From the NCBI GenBank assembly GCA_964016885.1, contig OZ024755.1:44578001-44642000 (forward strand): a stretch of 64,000 bases of DNA, in the 5' to 3' direction. The stretch comes from Eledone cirrhosa (taxonomy: Eukaryota). Positions 62,801 to 64,000 of the stretch are shown piece by piece. The notes under the pieces were generated by a model, which saw nothing but the letters and a program-made list of their open reading frames with translations, searched no databases and had not been told where the DNA came from. A program made the translations under genes and the position numbers. Numbering within the stretch: position 1 is the first letter of the stretch; every line of letters starts with the position of its first letter.

Positions 62801-64000
62801 CACTACCAACATATACTTGTACTTCAGTTGACAGTACTACCATATATTGTGTACCACCGTTGACAATACCAACGTATACTGCGTACCACAGTTGACAGTA
62901 CCAACGTATACTGTGCACCACAGTTGACAGTACCAACATATACTGTGTACCACAGTTGACAATACCAACATATACTGTGTACCACAGTTGACAATACCAA
63001 CATATACTGTGTACCACAGTTGACAATACCAACACATATAGTGTACCACAGTTGACAGTACCAACGTATACTGTGTACCACAGTTGCCAATGCCAACATA
63101 TACTGTGTACCACAGTTGAGAGTACCAACATATACTGTGTACCACAGTTGACAGTACCAACATATACTGTGTACCACAGTTGACAGTACCAACATATACT
63201 GTGTACCACAGTTGACAGTACCAATGTATACTGTGTACCACAGTTGACAGTACCAACATATACTGTGTACCACAGTTGACAGTACCAACATATATTGTGT
63301 ACCATAGTTGACAGTACCAACATATACTGTGTACCATAGTTGACATTACCAACGTATATTGTGTACCACAGTTGACAGTACCAACATACACCGTGTACAA
63401 CAGTTGACAGTACCAACATATACTGTGTACCACAGTTGCGAGTACCAACATAAACTGTGTACCACAGTTGACAGTACCAACATATACTGTGTACCACAGT
63501 TGACAGTACCAACATATACTGTATACCACAGTTGACAGTACCAACATATACTGTGTACCACAGTTGACAGTACCAACATATACTGTGTACCACAGTTGAC
63601 AGTACCAACATATACTGTGTACCACAGTTGACAGTACTAACGTATACTGTGTACTACAGTTGACAGTACCAACATATACTGTGTACCACAGTTGACAGTA
63701 CCAACATGTACTGTGTACCACAGTTGACAGTACCAACATATACTGTGTACCACAGTTGGCAGTACCAACATATACAGTGTACCACAGTTGACAGTACCAA
63801 CATATACTGTGTACCACATTTGACAGTACCAACATATACTGTGTACCACAGTTGACAGTACCAACATGTACCGTGAACCACAGTTGACAGTACCAACATA
63901 TACTGTGTACCACAGTTGAGAGTACCAACGTATAGTATGTACCACAGTTGACAGTACCAACATATACTGTGTACCACAGCTGACAGTACCAACATATACT
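52186..64000. repeat. Third, older and partial copy of the block starting at ~5654 (matches ~5654-15040 and ~31206-40590)
   Basis: ORF offsets relative to the first block are 46,532, then 46,500, then 46,468 (two single-monomer losses), and finally 48,961 after an extra 511 bp and a 1,982-bp duplication. For example, 62313..63611 has the same translation as 13352..14650. Confidence 0.85.
58192..62155. repeat. Tandem duplication with 1,982-bp period (62 monomers, two 31-bp landmarks)
   Basis: ORF pairs 58411/60393, 58743/60725, 59212/61194 and 59883/61865 are all +1,982. One difference seen (T58341 vs A60323). Confidence 0.88.

Larger units (their letters stand above)
1..64000. repeat. 32-bp tandem satellite array (~2,000 head-to-tail monomers; consensus CATATACTGTGTACCACAGTTGACAGTACCAA), running off both ends of the window
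   Basis: Positions 1-32 repeat directly at 33-64 and throughout the window. All ORF translations are rotations of the same 32-aa string (3 x 32 bp). No non-repeat sequence or orientation change was seen. Confidence 0.99.

Noticed and set aside
110-63995. Hundreds of overlapping minus-strand ORFs up to 470 aa as protein-coding genes
   Set aside because: All are rotations of one 32-aa string, open in all three frames at once. They are broken at arbitrary points by stops and 1-bp indels, and have no unique domain or flanking gene structure.
1-64000. CRISPR array (32-bp repeat with internal palindrome)
   Set aside because: The repeats abut directly with no unique spacers, leader or cas genes.
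1-64000. Telomerase-type long telomeric repeat (GT-rich minus strand containing TGTGGT)
   Set aside because: Variants are inherited in ordered kb-scale blocks, which indicates recombinational amplification rather than templated re-synthesis. There are no G-runs, and I do not recognise the unit as a known telomere repeat.
1-64000. Plasmid or phage iterons, or a synthetic operator array
   Set aside because: No rep gene, vector, linker or AT-rich origin is present. The variation pattern is that of a naturally evolved satellite.
1-64000. Assignment to a named satellite family, organism or centromere
   Set aside because: I do not recognise the monomer. A Dfam/Repbase/BLAST search and chromatin data would be needed.

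Overview
The whole 64-kb window is one uninterrupted, head-to-tail satellite array of about 2,000 copies of a 32-bp monomer (consensus CATATACTGTGTACCACAGTTGACAGTACCAA, 13/32 GC, no CpG). I see no genes, RNA genes, transposon insertions, inversions or unique sequence. Every ORF in the track is a cyclic translation of the monomer: the minus strand has no stop codon, and 32 is not a multiple of 3. The informative signal is the order of variant monomers, which shows nested higher-order structure. There are ~20-21-monomer modules (639/671 bp) marked by a 31-bp landmark monomer, and local tandem duplications of 1,310, 5,408, 3,037, 1,820 and 1,982 bp. There is also an older ~21-kb period and a near-identical 25,552-bp tandem duplication (2732-28283 / 28284-53835), in which I spotted one internal substitution plus a junction difference. 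The architecture resembles eukaryotic centromeric, pericentromeric or subtelomeric satellite. Organism and function cannot be determined from this sequence, and the 25.5-kb duplication could be an assembly artefact. I found no evidence for a novel protein-coding system. Internal breakpoints were placed by eye and are approximate.
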